The notes beneath the pieces are model-generated. The model had not been told where the DNA came from. It was given only the letters and a program-made list of their open reading frames with translations, and ran no database searches. The translations under genes and the position numbers were made by a program. From IMG/VR virus record IMGVR_UViG_3300035564_000075, positions 1-64,000 of that record: 64,000 nucleotides of DNA. The stretch is one strand, 5' to 3'. Source of the DNA: a virus. Positions within the stretch are counted from its first letter, which is position 1. Each line of letters starts with the position of its first letter. Shown here piece by piece: positions 6,369 through 15,844 of this stretch.

Positions 6369-7088
6369 ATGGACATAGCAAATCATACTTGTGCTGTTTG
6401 TAAACACCCATACACGCATCAACTTTATAGCCTTCCTGGACGAGATCCAAATATGTGGGCAGAGATGTATCTCTGCCCTATTTGTTATTCCTTGACTCCG
6501 GACTATGGCACCGTTCTATCAAAAGAGCAGGCCGATGCAGATATGATTGCATCATTCCCTACTCAGGACTGGGTAAAGAATAGAGATGCACTTATGGGAC
6601 TTGTGAAGTTCTATGAAGGGGAAATCAACAGGAACGAACTGGTTGGAGAGGTTGGTGGCGGTCCTGGGTGTTTAGCATCTGCACTTATCAATAGTGGATA
6701 TGACTATATTGGTAGTGAACCTACTCCACTTTGTGAACGAGCCAAGAAGGTCTTTGGCATTCCCGATAATAGGTATATGCAGACAGACTATAATGGCTTC
6801 TTTATGATGACAGAGGGACAGAAGTTTGGAACTATCTTTATGTGGCATGTTCTGGAGCATGTGCAAGATCCCATGGAGCTACTTACTAAGACTTATGATT
6901 CCCTGCTTCCTGGCGGCAAGATTATTGCAGAGATTCCATTGCCAATTCCAGCATATATCTTTCCGGATCATCTCTCCTTCTTTTCGAAGCCAACACTCTT
7001 ATACATAAAGAGCACGATCGGTTTTTCTGAACATATCACAAGAGAAGTCAAGGACTGGAACTATATGTCCTTCATAATGAGGAAATAA
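6369..7088 (+). CDS. class I SAM-dependent methyltransferase with N-terminal zinc ribbon
   Basis: EVGGGPG motif I; WHVLEHVQDP; LLPGG; CxxC pairs. Confidence 0.85.
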   Translation: MDIANHTCAVCKHPYTHQLYSLPGRDPNMWAEMYLCPICYSLTPDYGTVLSKEQADADMIASFPTQDWVKNRDALMGLVKFYEGEINRNELVGEVGGGPGCLASALINSGYDYIGSEPTPLCERAKKVFGIPDNRYMQTDYNGFFMMTEGQKFGTIFMWHVLEHVQDPMELLTKTYDSLLPGGKIIAEIPLPIPAYIFPDHLSFFSKPTLLYIKSTIGFSEHITREVKDWNYMSFIMRK

Positions 7089-7089
7089 T

Positions 7090-7749
7090 ATGCCAGAAAA
7101 AGATGCGGTACTGATACAGCAAAGTTGGCATGGCAGGAACGATGTCAGATGGCCTGGATTGAACAATCTAGGCATGATTGCATTGACGGAAGATAGGAAT
7201 AGGAAGTACTGCCAACTCCACGACATGGATTACTGGTGTGTAAAGGAAACCATCACGGATCTCCCTATGGATGAAAAGACTTGGGAGAGGGTAGAACTGA
7301 TAAAGAAAGCACTTGCTCAAGGATACCAGAAAGTCATCTGGTTGGATGTAGATACTGTCATAAAGAAACCTGAATACGATCTTCGTGATGCATGCATACG
7401 AATTGGCATGTGCTATGATACTGAGTTTGAACTGAAGCACTACAATTGTGGTGCGATGTACTTTGACAATATACCATCCACACGCAAGTTTGTGGATGAA
7501 TGGAACTATGTTCCTGGTGCCTTTTGGGGAGGACACTATTGGCATGAACAGTCTATTCTGAATAAGAATATGCCGCAATATCCAGACACTTTCTACAGAC
7601 TTCCCAATAAGTGGAATGCCTATATTGGCACTCCATGCGCAGAAGATGATATAATAGTGAAAGCATGGCATGGTTATTTCCCAGGCAATGACAAAATTAC
7701 AGCAATGAAAGCCTGTCTTGCAGGACTTTCTGATATAGAGGGAGCATGA
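7090..7749 (+). CDS. GT-A glycosyltransferase (GT34/MNN10-like)
   Basis: IWLDVD DxD motif; YNCG; HEQS. Confidence 0.75.
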   Translation: MPEKDAVLIQQSWHGRNDVRWPGLNNLGMIALTEDRNRKYCQLHDMDYWCVKETITDLPMDEKTWERVELIKKALAQGYQKVIWLDVDTVIKKPEYDLRDACIRIGMCYDTEFELKHYNCGAMYFDNIPSTRKFVDEWNYVPGAFWGGHYWHEQSILNKNMPQYPDTFYRLPNKWNAYIGTPCAEDDIIVKAWHGYFPGNDKITAMKACLAGLSDIEGA

Positions 7750-9131
7750 ACTCGTGGGATCTATTCGACACGCTTATTGGAAGATGGTATGGGGACCCAA
7801 TCAGTATATTTTTTGAGGTAGAAAGGCGCGCAGACTTCCCTGGATTCGTCAAAATCAGGCGGGATTCTGAATTGGAGCTCTATCCACTTGGCAAAAATGT
7901 CACTTTGGATGACATCTACCTAAATTTTCAGAAGAAAACGGGCGTTACTGACGAAAAAATGAAGGAATTGATGGCTCTTGAGCTTGAAATGGAGCTTTTG
8001 ATGTCATTTCCTATCACCAAGAACTCAAAAAGAGTGCAAAAAGGCGATATTGTTGTCTCCGACATGTATTTGCCAAAGGATTTCATGGAGACACTGCTGG
8101 AAAAGAATGGAATTGGACCAGTAAGTGATATTTATGTAGCCTCTGGTGGTAAGGGAAGTGGAAATATATGGCCGACTGTCCATCAGAAGTTCCGCCCCGA
8201 GATCCATACTGGTGATAATAAGTGGTCCGACTGCGATATGCCACGCAGACGTGGAATTCGCACCGCCTGCTATGAGGATGTCAAGAGTGAAGGCGAAACT
8301 TTGCTGGAAAAGGATGGATTCCAGAGAATAGCAAACCTATCAAGGGTATTACGTTTGTCTTGCCCATATACTAATTCATCTGAAAGACTGGTATGGGATG
8401 AACAAGCTACAATAAACATTCCGATCCTGATCCTGGTATCTCTTTACATACCACTTATCTATAGCGGCAAGCGCGTGCTGATGTCCACCAGAGATTGTAA
8501 CAATCTCCTGAACATCTTTCCGCTTATAGTTCCAAATATGAAGGCAGAAGAGTTCTTCACTTCTAGGAAGTGCTACTGGTCAGGTAGTCAAGAATACATG
8601 TCGTATGCACGTTACAAACTTGGCATTGATGATCCATTGATAGTTGATTTCCATGGAAGCGGCAACAGTCTTGATCACTTCTTCGGACAATTCAGCAAGT
8701 ATCCTAAGTGCTTTACGATCGTACAGACTAGACCGAGAGGAGTTCCTCCAATGCTGTGGAGAAAGTACATAGTCGATCGCACATTTGAAGACATGTTCGC
8801 ATTGCGAGATGGGATCATGTGGGAGATAGAGAATGCAAATCTGGACGAGGTTGGTAGTGTCATGGATGTTCGCAATGGCGTGCCTATTAGGGCACCACTA
8901 CGTTACAAAACAGATATGGTCAAGGTACAACATGCTGCAGTTGCTGCTGCAGTCGATCTACTGAAGAAAGGATTCGATATTCATCCTGTGGTAGAGTCAA
9001 AGGCTGGCATAGAGAGCACTGTAACATCTTTGCTGAAGATCCTGGGACATAACGGCGCTGCGATTCTCAAGACTGGTGTGCCTGATATAAATGACTGGCC
9101 TGGGTCTGTACTTTTGAAAGATATAAAGTGA
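7746..9131 (+). CDS. HAD-superfamily hydrolase (polysaccharide-biosynthesis type)
   Basis: SWDLFDTL motif I; VSDMY; HTGDN..SD. Confidence 0.8.
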   Translation: MNSWDLFDTLIGRWYGDPISIFFEVERRADFPGFVKIRRDSELELYPLGKNVTLDDIYLNFQKKTGVTDEKMKELMALELEMELLMSFPITKNSKRVQKGDIVVSDMYLPKDFMETLLEKNGIGPVSDIYVASGGKGSGNIWPTVHQKFRPEIHTGDNKWSDCDMPRRRGIRTACYEDVKSEGETLLEKDGFQRIANLSRVLRLSCPYTNSSERLVWDEQATINIPILILVSLYIPLIYSGKRVLMSTRDCNNLLNIFPLIVPNMKAEEFFTSRKCYWSGSQEYMSYARYKLGIDDPLIVDFHGSGNSLDHFFGQFSKYPKCFTIVQTRPRGVPPMLWRKYIVDRTFEDMFALRDGIMWEIENANLDEVGSVMDVRNGVPIRAPLRYKTDMVKVQHAAVAAAVDLLKKGFDIHPVVESKAGIESTVTSLLKILGHNGAAILKTGVPDINDWPGSVLLKDIK

Positions 9132-9137
9132 TATAAT
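9128..9137 (+). promoter_or_regulatory. extended -10 promoter
   Basis: GTGATATAAT, identical to 22-31. Confidence 0.5.
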
Positions 9138-9156
9138 CAAGCATTGGAGAGCAGAT

Positions 9157-9360
9157 ATGGACATAAAGGATATTAGAGAAAAGAAAATTGAACTTGAGCG
9201 CAATCTTGAGATAGAGATAACCAAACTCTTGTCTCAATTCACCAAGGAAACCGAGATAAGCATCTCCGGTATTCGTGCGTCAATGAATACCATGAGAACT
9301 TATGGAAATAAGGATGTTGATTACATTGTCGAAGTATTTACCGACGTTAATTGGTCATAG
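9157..9360 (+). CDS. hypothetical protein
   Basis: GGAG RBS; 67-aa ORF. Confidence 0.7.
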   Translation: MDIKDIREKKIELERNLEIEITKLLSQFTKETEISISGIRASMNTMRTYGNKDVDYIVEVFTDVNWS

Positions 9361-9368
9361 GAGCTATT

Positions 9369-9833
9369 ATGAATGGGAATCCTGAAGTAATCGATCGTTT
9401 GAACTTTCTTCTCAAGTCTGAACTGGCTGCAATCAATCAATATGTGGTGCATGCGCAGATGGATGAGATCTACGGCTATGATAAACTGTCAGAGTACGTG
9501 ATGAAGCGTGCCAAAGACGAAATGAAGCACGCAGAAATGCTTATTGAGCGTATGCTCTTCCTTAGAGGTATGCCAATTGTGAGCATCCTAGATCCTATCT
9601 TTGTTGGACAGGATGTTGAGACACAATTGAATAATGATCACTCTTCCGAAGAGACTGCCATCAAGAACTACAATGAAGCTATCCGTCTATGCACAAATCT
9701 TGAGGATGTGGGCACTGAAGAAATTCTAGAAGACATCCTGGAAGATGAAGAGCGCCATATTCGTGAGATTGAAGAGAAGCAGTATCATATAGCGCAGATG
9801 GGCATTGCGAACTTCCTGTCTCTACAGGCATAG
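9369..9833 (+). CDS. bfr: bacterioferritin
   Basis: ELAAINQY, DEMKH (E51/M52/H54), EERH ferroxidase ligands; AGGAG RBS before ATG 9369. Confidence 0.92.
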   Translation: MNGNPEVIDRLNFLLKSELAAINQYVVHAQMDEIYGYDKLSEYVMKRAKDEMKHAEMLIERMLFLRGMPIVSILDPIFVGQDVETQLNNDHSSEETAIKNYNEAIRLCTNLEDVGTEEILEDILEDEERHIREIEEKQYHIAQMGIANFLSLQA

Positions 9834-9834
9834 T

Positions 9835-10053
9835 ATGAAAACCAAAGATTTCTATGCTACTAGCATGTCTGCTTCCACAAGAACCTTTAGTGACTACAAA
9901 GGCGTAGACGAAAGTAAGACATTATGCACATACTGTCTACTAAGACAGCAATGTGAGATATTCAATGCGAATAGAGCACTGCAAAATGAGTTCAATATCA
10001 GAACCCAGATTGTAGAGTGCCCACGCATGATAGAGGACCCAAATTATGAATAG
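9835..10053 (+). CDS. small Cys-containing hypothetical protein
   Basis: CTYC...C...CP; tightly packed with neighbours. Confidence 0.6.
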   Translation: MKTKDFYATSMSASTRTFSDYKGVDESKTLCTYCLLRQQCEIFNANRALQNEFNIRTQIVECPRMIEDPNYE

Positions 10054-10996
10054 AATCATTCTTTTGAAAGACGAGTTTCCGGAAGCAGACAAGATAACTA
10101 GTCTACCAGACAATGTTACAGTGTTTGATATGTTTGCGGTAGAGCCACCTGATGCACCAGAGATAACTTCTGTACTTGCCATCCACAATGCCTATCCGGA
10201 AAGAGAATTGGCTGCAATTGTTGGTGTAAAGCCGCGTGATCCAGTTGCTTACATATCACGCATGGTAAATACCTCACTATTCTCTCAGATCATAGTGAGA
10301 GTGACTGACTTCCCGAGAACATCTGCTGCAACCATTCAGGATTTCCGTGGAATGGGCTTCAAGAGTGTGAAGATCGGGATTATGGCACCCATTGACAAGC
10401 TGATCGATGAGGATTCTGCTGCAAGGCGAATCTTTGCCGCCATGGGACTGTCCAATGCGTTTCTTGTCCCAAGTTTCCGTTATATCCCAACCAAAGAGGA
10501 TCATTCACGAATTCTGACTGCACTTCTGCAACTTCGTGAGTCCATGCGTGGAGTTTCCATCGTTCCAAGCATTTCTTTGGTTCCTGGAGACAGTGAACCC
10601 GCAGAAAGCGTTCAGGACTTCTATAAGAAGACACTTTTGCCAATTACGGATGGATTGCTGATCCTTTCTTACAAAACCATCCAAAACAACCAAATCTATA
10701 ATGCACTTATCGGTATGGAGGATGAAATGCCAAAAAAGACCAAAACTGCTGTTGTAACTCCCGTTGATGAGCCTATTGTTGCTCAGGGAACCGTAAATGT
10801 CGATACTTTGTCTAAAAGAAGCAGGCCATCACTTCAGGCGACTGTTCTTGCAGAAAAAGGTCGTCTTCACATGGGCGACACCGTAAAATTCGTTCAAATT
10901 GTCCGTCCATTGCCAGATCTTATTTTCGGTCGCTCTCCGGATGGATTCTGGGCTGTAATCAAGAGTGGTAGTGCAGATTATATCAAGCTAGACTAA
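10046..10996 (+). CDS. hypothetical protein, possible C-terminal SH3-like domain
   Basis: 316-aa ORF; C-terminal beta-rich segment after a Lys/Pro linker. Confidence 0.55.
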   Translation: MNRIILLKDEFPEADKITSLPDNVTVFDMFAVEPPDAPEITSVLAIHNAYPERELAAIVGVKPRDPVAYISRMVNTSLFSQIIVRVTDFPRTSAATIQDFRGMGFKSVKIGIMAPIDKLIDEDSAARRIFAAMGLSNAFLVPSFRYIPTKEDHSRILTALLQLRESMRGVSIVPSISLVPGDSEPAESVQDFYKKTLLPITDGLLILSYKTIQNNQIYNALIGMEDEMPKKTKTAVVTPVDEPIVAQGTVNVDTLSKRSRPSLQATVLAEKGRLHMGDTVKFVQIVRPLPDLIFGRSPDGFWAVIKSGSADYIKLD

Positions 10997-11018
10997 AACT
11001 GAAACCAAGAGGTATAAA

Positions 11019-11309
11019 ATGACCAGAACTCTACTATCTAAGAACAAAGACATAACACCAGAGGACAGCCGTGAAGTTGATAATGATGGAATGGTCAAAC
11101 TAATGCGTGCACGTGGCTTTGTGCAGGCTGCTATCGAAGCAGACAACATGCGCTTGATCTACATCTTCCCAAGAAAGGAAACTCAGCCATTGCTGGATGA
11201 GATACTTGCAAATAAGCCAATTATGATCGAATGGCAGAAGTATCGTGATGCAGAGGAAGAGTGGAAGACAACCCTATCCATTCTGAAGGAAATGCGTGGC
11301 AGGAAGTAA
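11019..11309 (+). CDS. hypothetical protein upstream of terminase
   Basis: GAGG RBS; overlaps terminase start. Confidence 0.65.
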   Translation: MTRTLLSKNKDITPEDSREVDNDGMVKLMRARGFVQAAIEADNMRLIYIFPRKETQPLLDEILANKPIMIEWQKYRDAEEEWKTTLSILKEMRGRK

Positions 11310-12996
11310 GATCTATGTGATGACGCCTGCCGAAATAGAGATATTGAAAGCAGGTGCATCCGATCCAACCATCATACTTGATTACTTCTCTCGTCGGCCA
11401 GGGCAAGACCATGGCTGGCGCTTTGACTACAACTTTACCGAAGAAGGTAAGTGGCAGAAGGAGATGTGTCAAGCATCCCAGACCTTCATCGTCTGTATTG
11501 CCGGTATTGCTACTGGCAAAACGGTCGGTGTTGGTATGGCCGCTGTTACCCATGCCATTCTCACTCCAGATTTCAAGTTCCTGAATGTGGCACGTGAAGC
11601 ATGGCAGTCACAACTGATGTACAACGCCATCCTGGAACATGCCGCAGGCACATTGCTTGAGAAACTGATCGTTGCCTCTCCTAGAAGGCCCTATCCCATG
11701 ATTGTCATTGAGTATATTGTCAATGGCATTCATATCAGATCTACTTTGGAGTTCATGTCCATAGGAGAGAAAGAAGATGCTGCAAATATATTTTCATGGC
11801 GTGGTGACTGGATCAATATTGATGAAGCTGGCCGACTTGACGACCTTGGTACGATTGTTGCGAACCTTTCAACACGTGGAACTGGTGCTACACCAGGGGG
11901 AAGGTCATATCTGGGTAGGATCTCGCTTACCACGAACCCATGGGACAATCCAGACCTATGGATTCTCTTCGACATGGCAGCGGCTGATCCGGAAAATTCG
12001 CTTGCGCTTAACATTGATACGTCTTCTAATAAGAATACTACTCAGAAACAGATCGACCAAATCATAAAGATCAACCGCATGGTGCTTGGCTCTGGAGATG
12101 TCAACAGATTCCTAACAGGAAAGCGTCCAGAGGGCAAAGGTACTTACTTCCCGAAGAATGTAGTGGATTCTTGTACATCCAGAATACTATCTACTCCAAT
12201 TGCCAATGGCATGAATGAAGGGACCCCTGAATATGAACTTCAGATCATGGGACAGTTGGGTGCATACTACTTCAAGACCCCAAGACAGAATGATAGGTTG
12301 TATTTCCTATTAGGAGATCCTGGTACTGGTGCTCCTCCAGCGCGTAATGCATTTGTAGTACAAGTCTGGGATGTAACTGATTCTGGTGAAGGCAAACCTG
12401 CATTGCTGGTGGCACAGCACTGGGGCAATGGTGGTGGACAGATAGAACCATTTGTAGAGCAGGTGATTGATTGGATAAAGTATTACAAGCCCATCTTCGC
12501 TGGTGTAGATTCTACTGGTCCACAGAAGAACACTGCTGAAATTGTTTCTCTGGATAGGATCTATGGCAAGGGTTATTCGGTAAGTGCGCTAACCCCCATG
12601 GACTTCTCCGGAGGCAAGCGTATTTCTTATTTGGGTTCTTTGCGTATAATACTAGAAGCAGGGCTAATGCTATGGCCTAGTATATGCACAGGAATCGGGA
12701 GTCAATTAAAAAACTATGATCCAGTCGTGGATAGGAATCCAAACTCAAAACTTCCGCAGGATCTTGTCGCAACTATGGCAATGGCTGCGCGTGCGATTCA
12801 TGGTCACTACGGCATCCTTGGTAAGGAAGGAAGCGATAATGACGCAGGACAAGGCACTGAGATTGTCAACCCTCGCAGATTTGATCGAAGCGAAGGTACA
12901 ACTTGGTCCGGTCGTTCCCAGAGAGACAATGCGGGACGCTCGGAGTATGACCCGAGAGCGGCGTCTGAGGAGATAGAAAGACGCATCAGATCCTAA
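11296..12996 (+). CDS. terL: terminase large subunit
   Basis: Walker A AGIATGKT, Walker B INIDEAG, TTNP coupling motif, RNase H-like GDPG..D; precedes portal. Confidence 0.88.
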   Translation: MAGSKIYVMTPAEIEILKAGASDPTIILDYFSRRPGQDHGWRFDYNFTEEGKWQKEMCQASQTFIVCIAGIATGKTVGVGMAAVTHAILTPDFKFLNVAREAWQSQLMYNAILEHAAGTLLEKLIVASPRRPYPMIVIEYIVNGIHIRSTLEFMSIGEKEDAANIFSWRGDWINIDEAGRLDDLGTIVANLSTRGTGATPGGRSYLGRISLTTNPWDNPDLWILFDMAAADPENSLALNIDTSSNKNTTQKQIDQIIKINRMVLGSGDVNRFLTGKRPEGKGTYFPKNVVDSCTSRILSTPIANGMNEGTPEYELQIMGQLGAYYFKTPRQNDRLYFLLGDPGTGAPPARNAFVVQVWDVTDSGEGKPALLVAQHWGNGGGQIEPFVEQVIDWIKYYKPIFAGVDSTGPQKNTAEIVSLDRIYGKGYSVSALTPMDFSGGKRISYLGSLRIILEAGLMLWPSICTGIGSQLKNYDPVVDRNPNSKLPQDLVATMAMAARAIHGHYGILGKEGSDNDAGQGTEIVNPRRFDRSEGTTWSGRSQRDNAGRSEYDPRAASEEIERRIRS

Positions 12997-13055
12997 TAGG
13001 AATCCGTATTTCGCCTGAAAAGTGTAGTATAATAGTGTAGTTCCAAAAATATCAT

Positions 13056-13095
13056 AATAGACTATATGGAGACTTCCGTATAGTCTATTTTTGTT
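13056..13095 (+). terminator. intrinsic terminator-like hairpin between a -10 box (13028-13033) and portal start
   Basis: aatagactatatgga-gact-tccgtatagtctatt followed by T-run. Confidence 0.6.
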
Positions 13096-13110
13096 AGTTT
13101 ACAGGGAATT

Positions 13111-14865
13111 ATGTTCAATTCGCTTGGAAACACCGTTGATAGTTCTCTAAAAGTAGTTGTTGACATCATTTCTCCGTTTTCGCTGTCCAACCTGCCGAAC
13201 TTTCCCTATATTAGGTACATGGCGCAGTTGGATGCCTATCGAGAACTGGAGTCATGGTATCTTGGCACAATTCTGAATGTTGAAGTCCTGGACAAGGCTT
13301 CTGGCAAGAAGTTCGATCGTTATCCCCTAAAGATAAATCCTATTAGAAATACGTGTGAACTTCATGCAACCACGCTGATGGGTAAGCCAGCTAGTAGTAT
13401 TCAAGATGGTGGCGCACCGATCAGTTTTGTGTGCCAGCCCAACACTCCAGATGAACAGAAGGCCAGGATAGAGGCAGCACTCAAGCAAGTATGGATTGAT
13501 AACCAAGGTTCCGCCCTATTCGCATCCAACGCACTCATATCACAGTATCTTGGCGGTTGTGTATTTGAGGCAATGTGGTTGCCAGAGGATCAGAGAATCA
13601 GGATCACCAATCCCAACCCTAAGGAGTTCATTGGAATTCCCGATGGTGCTGATTACTGGCATTTGCGTGAGGCATGGGTAGTAAAGGAACTGAACCGTAT
13701 TGACCTTATTCAGTATGGTTTCGATCCAGACTTGAAGGACAACAGATGGCATTATATTGAGCACTGGACCCCTGAAGATTATGGCGCATCCATAAATGCA
13801 AAGCCACTTCAGGTAGGTGGTGAGCTAACTCAGGGAGACAATCCTTTCAAGCTGGTACCGTTTGTTTATATTCCACATATCAGAAACTGGTCATTTTATG
13901 GCGATGCCGTAATTACAGATTCTGTGCGTGGCTTGATCCGTGAGCTCAACTTGCGTTGGGCAGACATTGGTGATGCTGTATCTGAAGATGCACATGGTTA
14001 TATCTTCATTCGTAACGTGCGTCAGCAGATCAAACTGGAGAACGTTGGTGATGGTAGACCGCTGTACAACCTGGGAAGCACTACTGGCATTGGTAGCAAT
14101 GAAGCGAATCCAGAGATGATAGCGGTAAAGCCAACCTTTGCATCTGATGTGATGATCAAACTTGGCGATAAGCTGTATGAACTGTATCGCCACGAAGTAC
14201 ATCACCCTGCAGTTGCAGATGGTCAAGATGAAGGATCTCAGCGCTCTGCACAGACTATCTCCACTAGGATGAGTCCTTTGACTGACCACATTGAGATGGA
14301 GCGTATGTTCTGGACAGCAGGACTACAGCGCTTCTCACACATCTTGCTTGTTATGATGGAAGAGAAGGGACTGTATGGAATCAAGAAAGGCGATTCTAAC
14401 ATTACAGTCAGCCTACAGTGGCAACCAATGCTTGGCAAGGATCGTACACAGCTTGTAGCTGAAGTTGTACAGCGTGCCGGTGTCAATCTCGGTTCTATGG
14501 AACTTCTACTCAAGATTCTTGGTGATGTTGAGAATCCTGAAGAGGAAGTTGAGAAGATCATGGAAGAGATGCAGAGGATGAATGCCATCAACATGCCTTT
14601 CCAGCAACCTGGAGAGGGTGACGACAATGGCGACAATTCGGATGACAAAAGTGGCAAAGGTGGTAAACCATCCAAGGCCATTCAGCCAAAGACGCCACGC
14701 AACTTCAAGAAGTTAGCTCCCAAAGCAAAGCCAGGAGAGCAAACAACCGGATCAGGAGAACCAGACCAGATGAAACCAGCCCATGTGCAAGACACAACGG
14801 GCATGGGGGGCGGTGGATATGGCCTAGTTGGTACTGATATGGGTCCTGGGCAAACAGGAGTATAA
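13111..14865 (+). CDS. portal protein
   Basis: position after terL; NPFKLVPFVYIP segment typical of SPP1-like portals; disordered C-tail. Confidence 0.8.
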   Translation: MFNSLGNTVDSSLKVVVDIISPFSLSNLPNFPYIRYMAQLDAYRELESWYLGTILNVEVLDKASGKKFDRYPLKINPIRNTCELHATTLMGKPASSIQDGGAPISFVCQPNTPDEQKARIEAALKQVWIDNQGSALFASNALISQYLGGCVFEAMWLPEDQRIRITNPNPKEFIGIPDGADYWHLREAWVVKELNRIDLIQYGFDPDLKDNRWHYIEHWTPEDYGASINAKPLQVGGELTQGDNPFKLVPFVYIPHIRNWSFYGDAVITDSVRGLIRELNLRWADIGDAVSEDAHGYIFIRNVRQQIKLENVGDGRPLYNLGSTTGIGSNEANPEMIAVKPTFASDVMIKLGDKLYELYRHEVHHPAVADGQDEGSQRSAQTISTRMSPLTDHIEMERMFWTAGLQRFSHILLVMMEEKGLYGIKKGDSNITVSLQWQPMLGKDRTQLVAEVVQRAGVNLGSMELLLKILGDVENPEEEVEKIMEEMQRMNAINMPFQQPGEGDDNGDNSDDKSGKGGKPSKAIQPKTPRNFKKLAPKAKPGEQTTGSGEPDQMKPAHVQDTTGMGGGGYGLVGTDMGPGQTGV

Positions 14866-14867
14866 CC

Positions 14868-15089
14868 ATGGCAGCGAAAGTTGACAAAGGCGATCGTGAG
14901 AAATACTCTGCGACAGACGATGGCCGTTTCCCAATCAAGAACAAGTCGCAGGCTAGAAGTGCCCTACGCCTTCGTGGGAAGGCTGGCAGTAAAGAAGCTC
15001 GTCGTGCAATTATCCGTCGCGCAGCTAAGTTCCTACCGGCAGCGGCCCACGCCGCAATGGTAGAGGACAAGAAAGCTGGTAAAGTCTAA
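14868..15089 (+). CDS. small basic head-region protein
   Basis: GRFPI...ARSALR motif; AGGAG RBS. Confidence 0.6.
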   Translation: MAAKVDKGDREKYSATDDGRFPIKNKSQARSALRLRGKAGSKEARRAIIRRAAKFLPAAAHAAMVEDKKAGKV

Positions 15090-15103
15090 ATAGGAGATTC
15101 AAC

Positions 15104-15823
15104 ATGTTTGACAATAAACGCATGTCCCCTGGTGGTACCTCTGGCGGCAACTTTGGAAACGAAGGAACCAATGGAGCAGGAAACCAGCAGGACCCAGATT
15201 ACAAGAAACTATATGAAGAACTGCTAAAGAAATCAGAAAAGCTGATCGACCCTAGTGATTACGATGTGTCGAAAGACAAGCGTTACACTGGATTGATGCA
15301 GACCCTGCAGAAAACGCAGGATGATAAGAAGGCGATAGCAGACCAGTTTGATGACCTACAGACACAGTTCAAGACTGTCAAGAGTGAACATGAAAGCGCC
15401 ACCCAATCAGTATCAACGCTTCAATCACAAATTGATGCGCTCGAAATAGAGAAGGAAACCCTTTCAGTAAAAAGCGCTCGTGCCGATCTTATTATGAAGG
15501 AATTCCCACAGCTTGCTGGATTTGAGGCTGATGGACTTCTTCCAGAGACTGGTCCCGATGAAGGAGAAGAGGCACTCAAGAAATTGTTTACTTCATTCTC
15601 TGCAAAGCTTGGTTCTGTCAAAGAACAGGCCAAGACTGACTTCGGAAAAGGTGGTCTGCCAGGAAGCGCTGGTGCCGGTGGAGAAAACAACACAAACAAG
15701 ACAGCTACCGCAAAGGTAGAGTACGATCTTGCCGTTGCTGCTTCTCTTAAGGGCGATCAGACCGAATATCGTAAGCACTACGATAACTACTTGAACCTGT
15801 CAAAACCGACAGGACAAGCATAA
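15104..15823 (+). CDS. capsid scaffolding protein
   Basis: coiled coil, Gly-rich linker, immediately upstream of capsid gene. Confidence 0.7.
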   Translation: MFDNKRMSPGGTSGGNFGNEGTNGAGNQQDPDYKKLYEELLKKSEKLIDPSDYDVSKDKRYTGLMQTLQKTQDDKKAIADQFDDLQTQFKTVKSEHESATQSVSTLQSQIDALEIEKETLSVKSARADLIMKEFPQLAGFEADGLLPETGPDEGEEALKKLFTSFSAKLGSVKEQAKTDFGKGGLPGSAGAGGENNTNKTATAKVEYDLAVAASLKGDQTEYRKHYDNYLNLSKPTGQA

Positions 15824-15844
15824 CATTAATCATGGAGAGCAATT

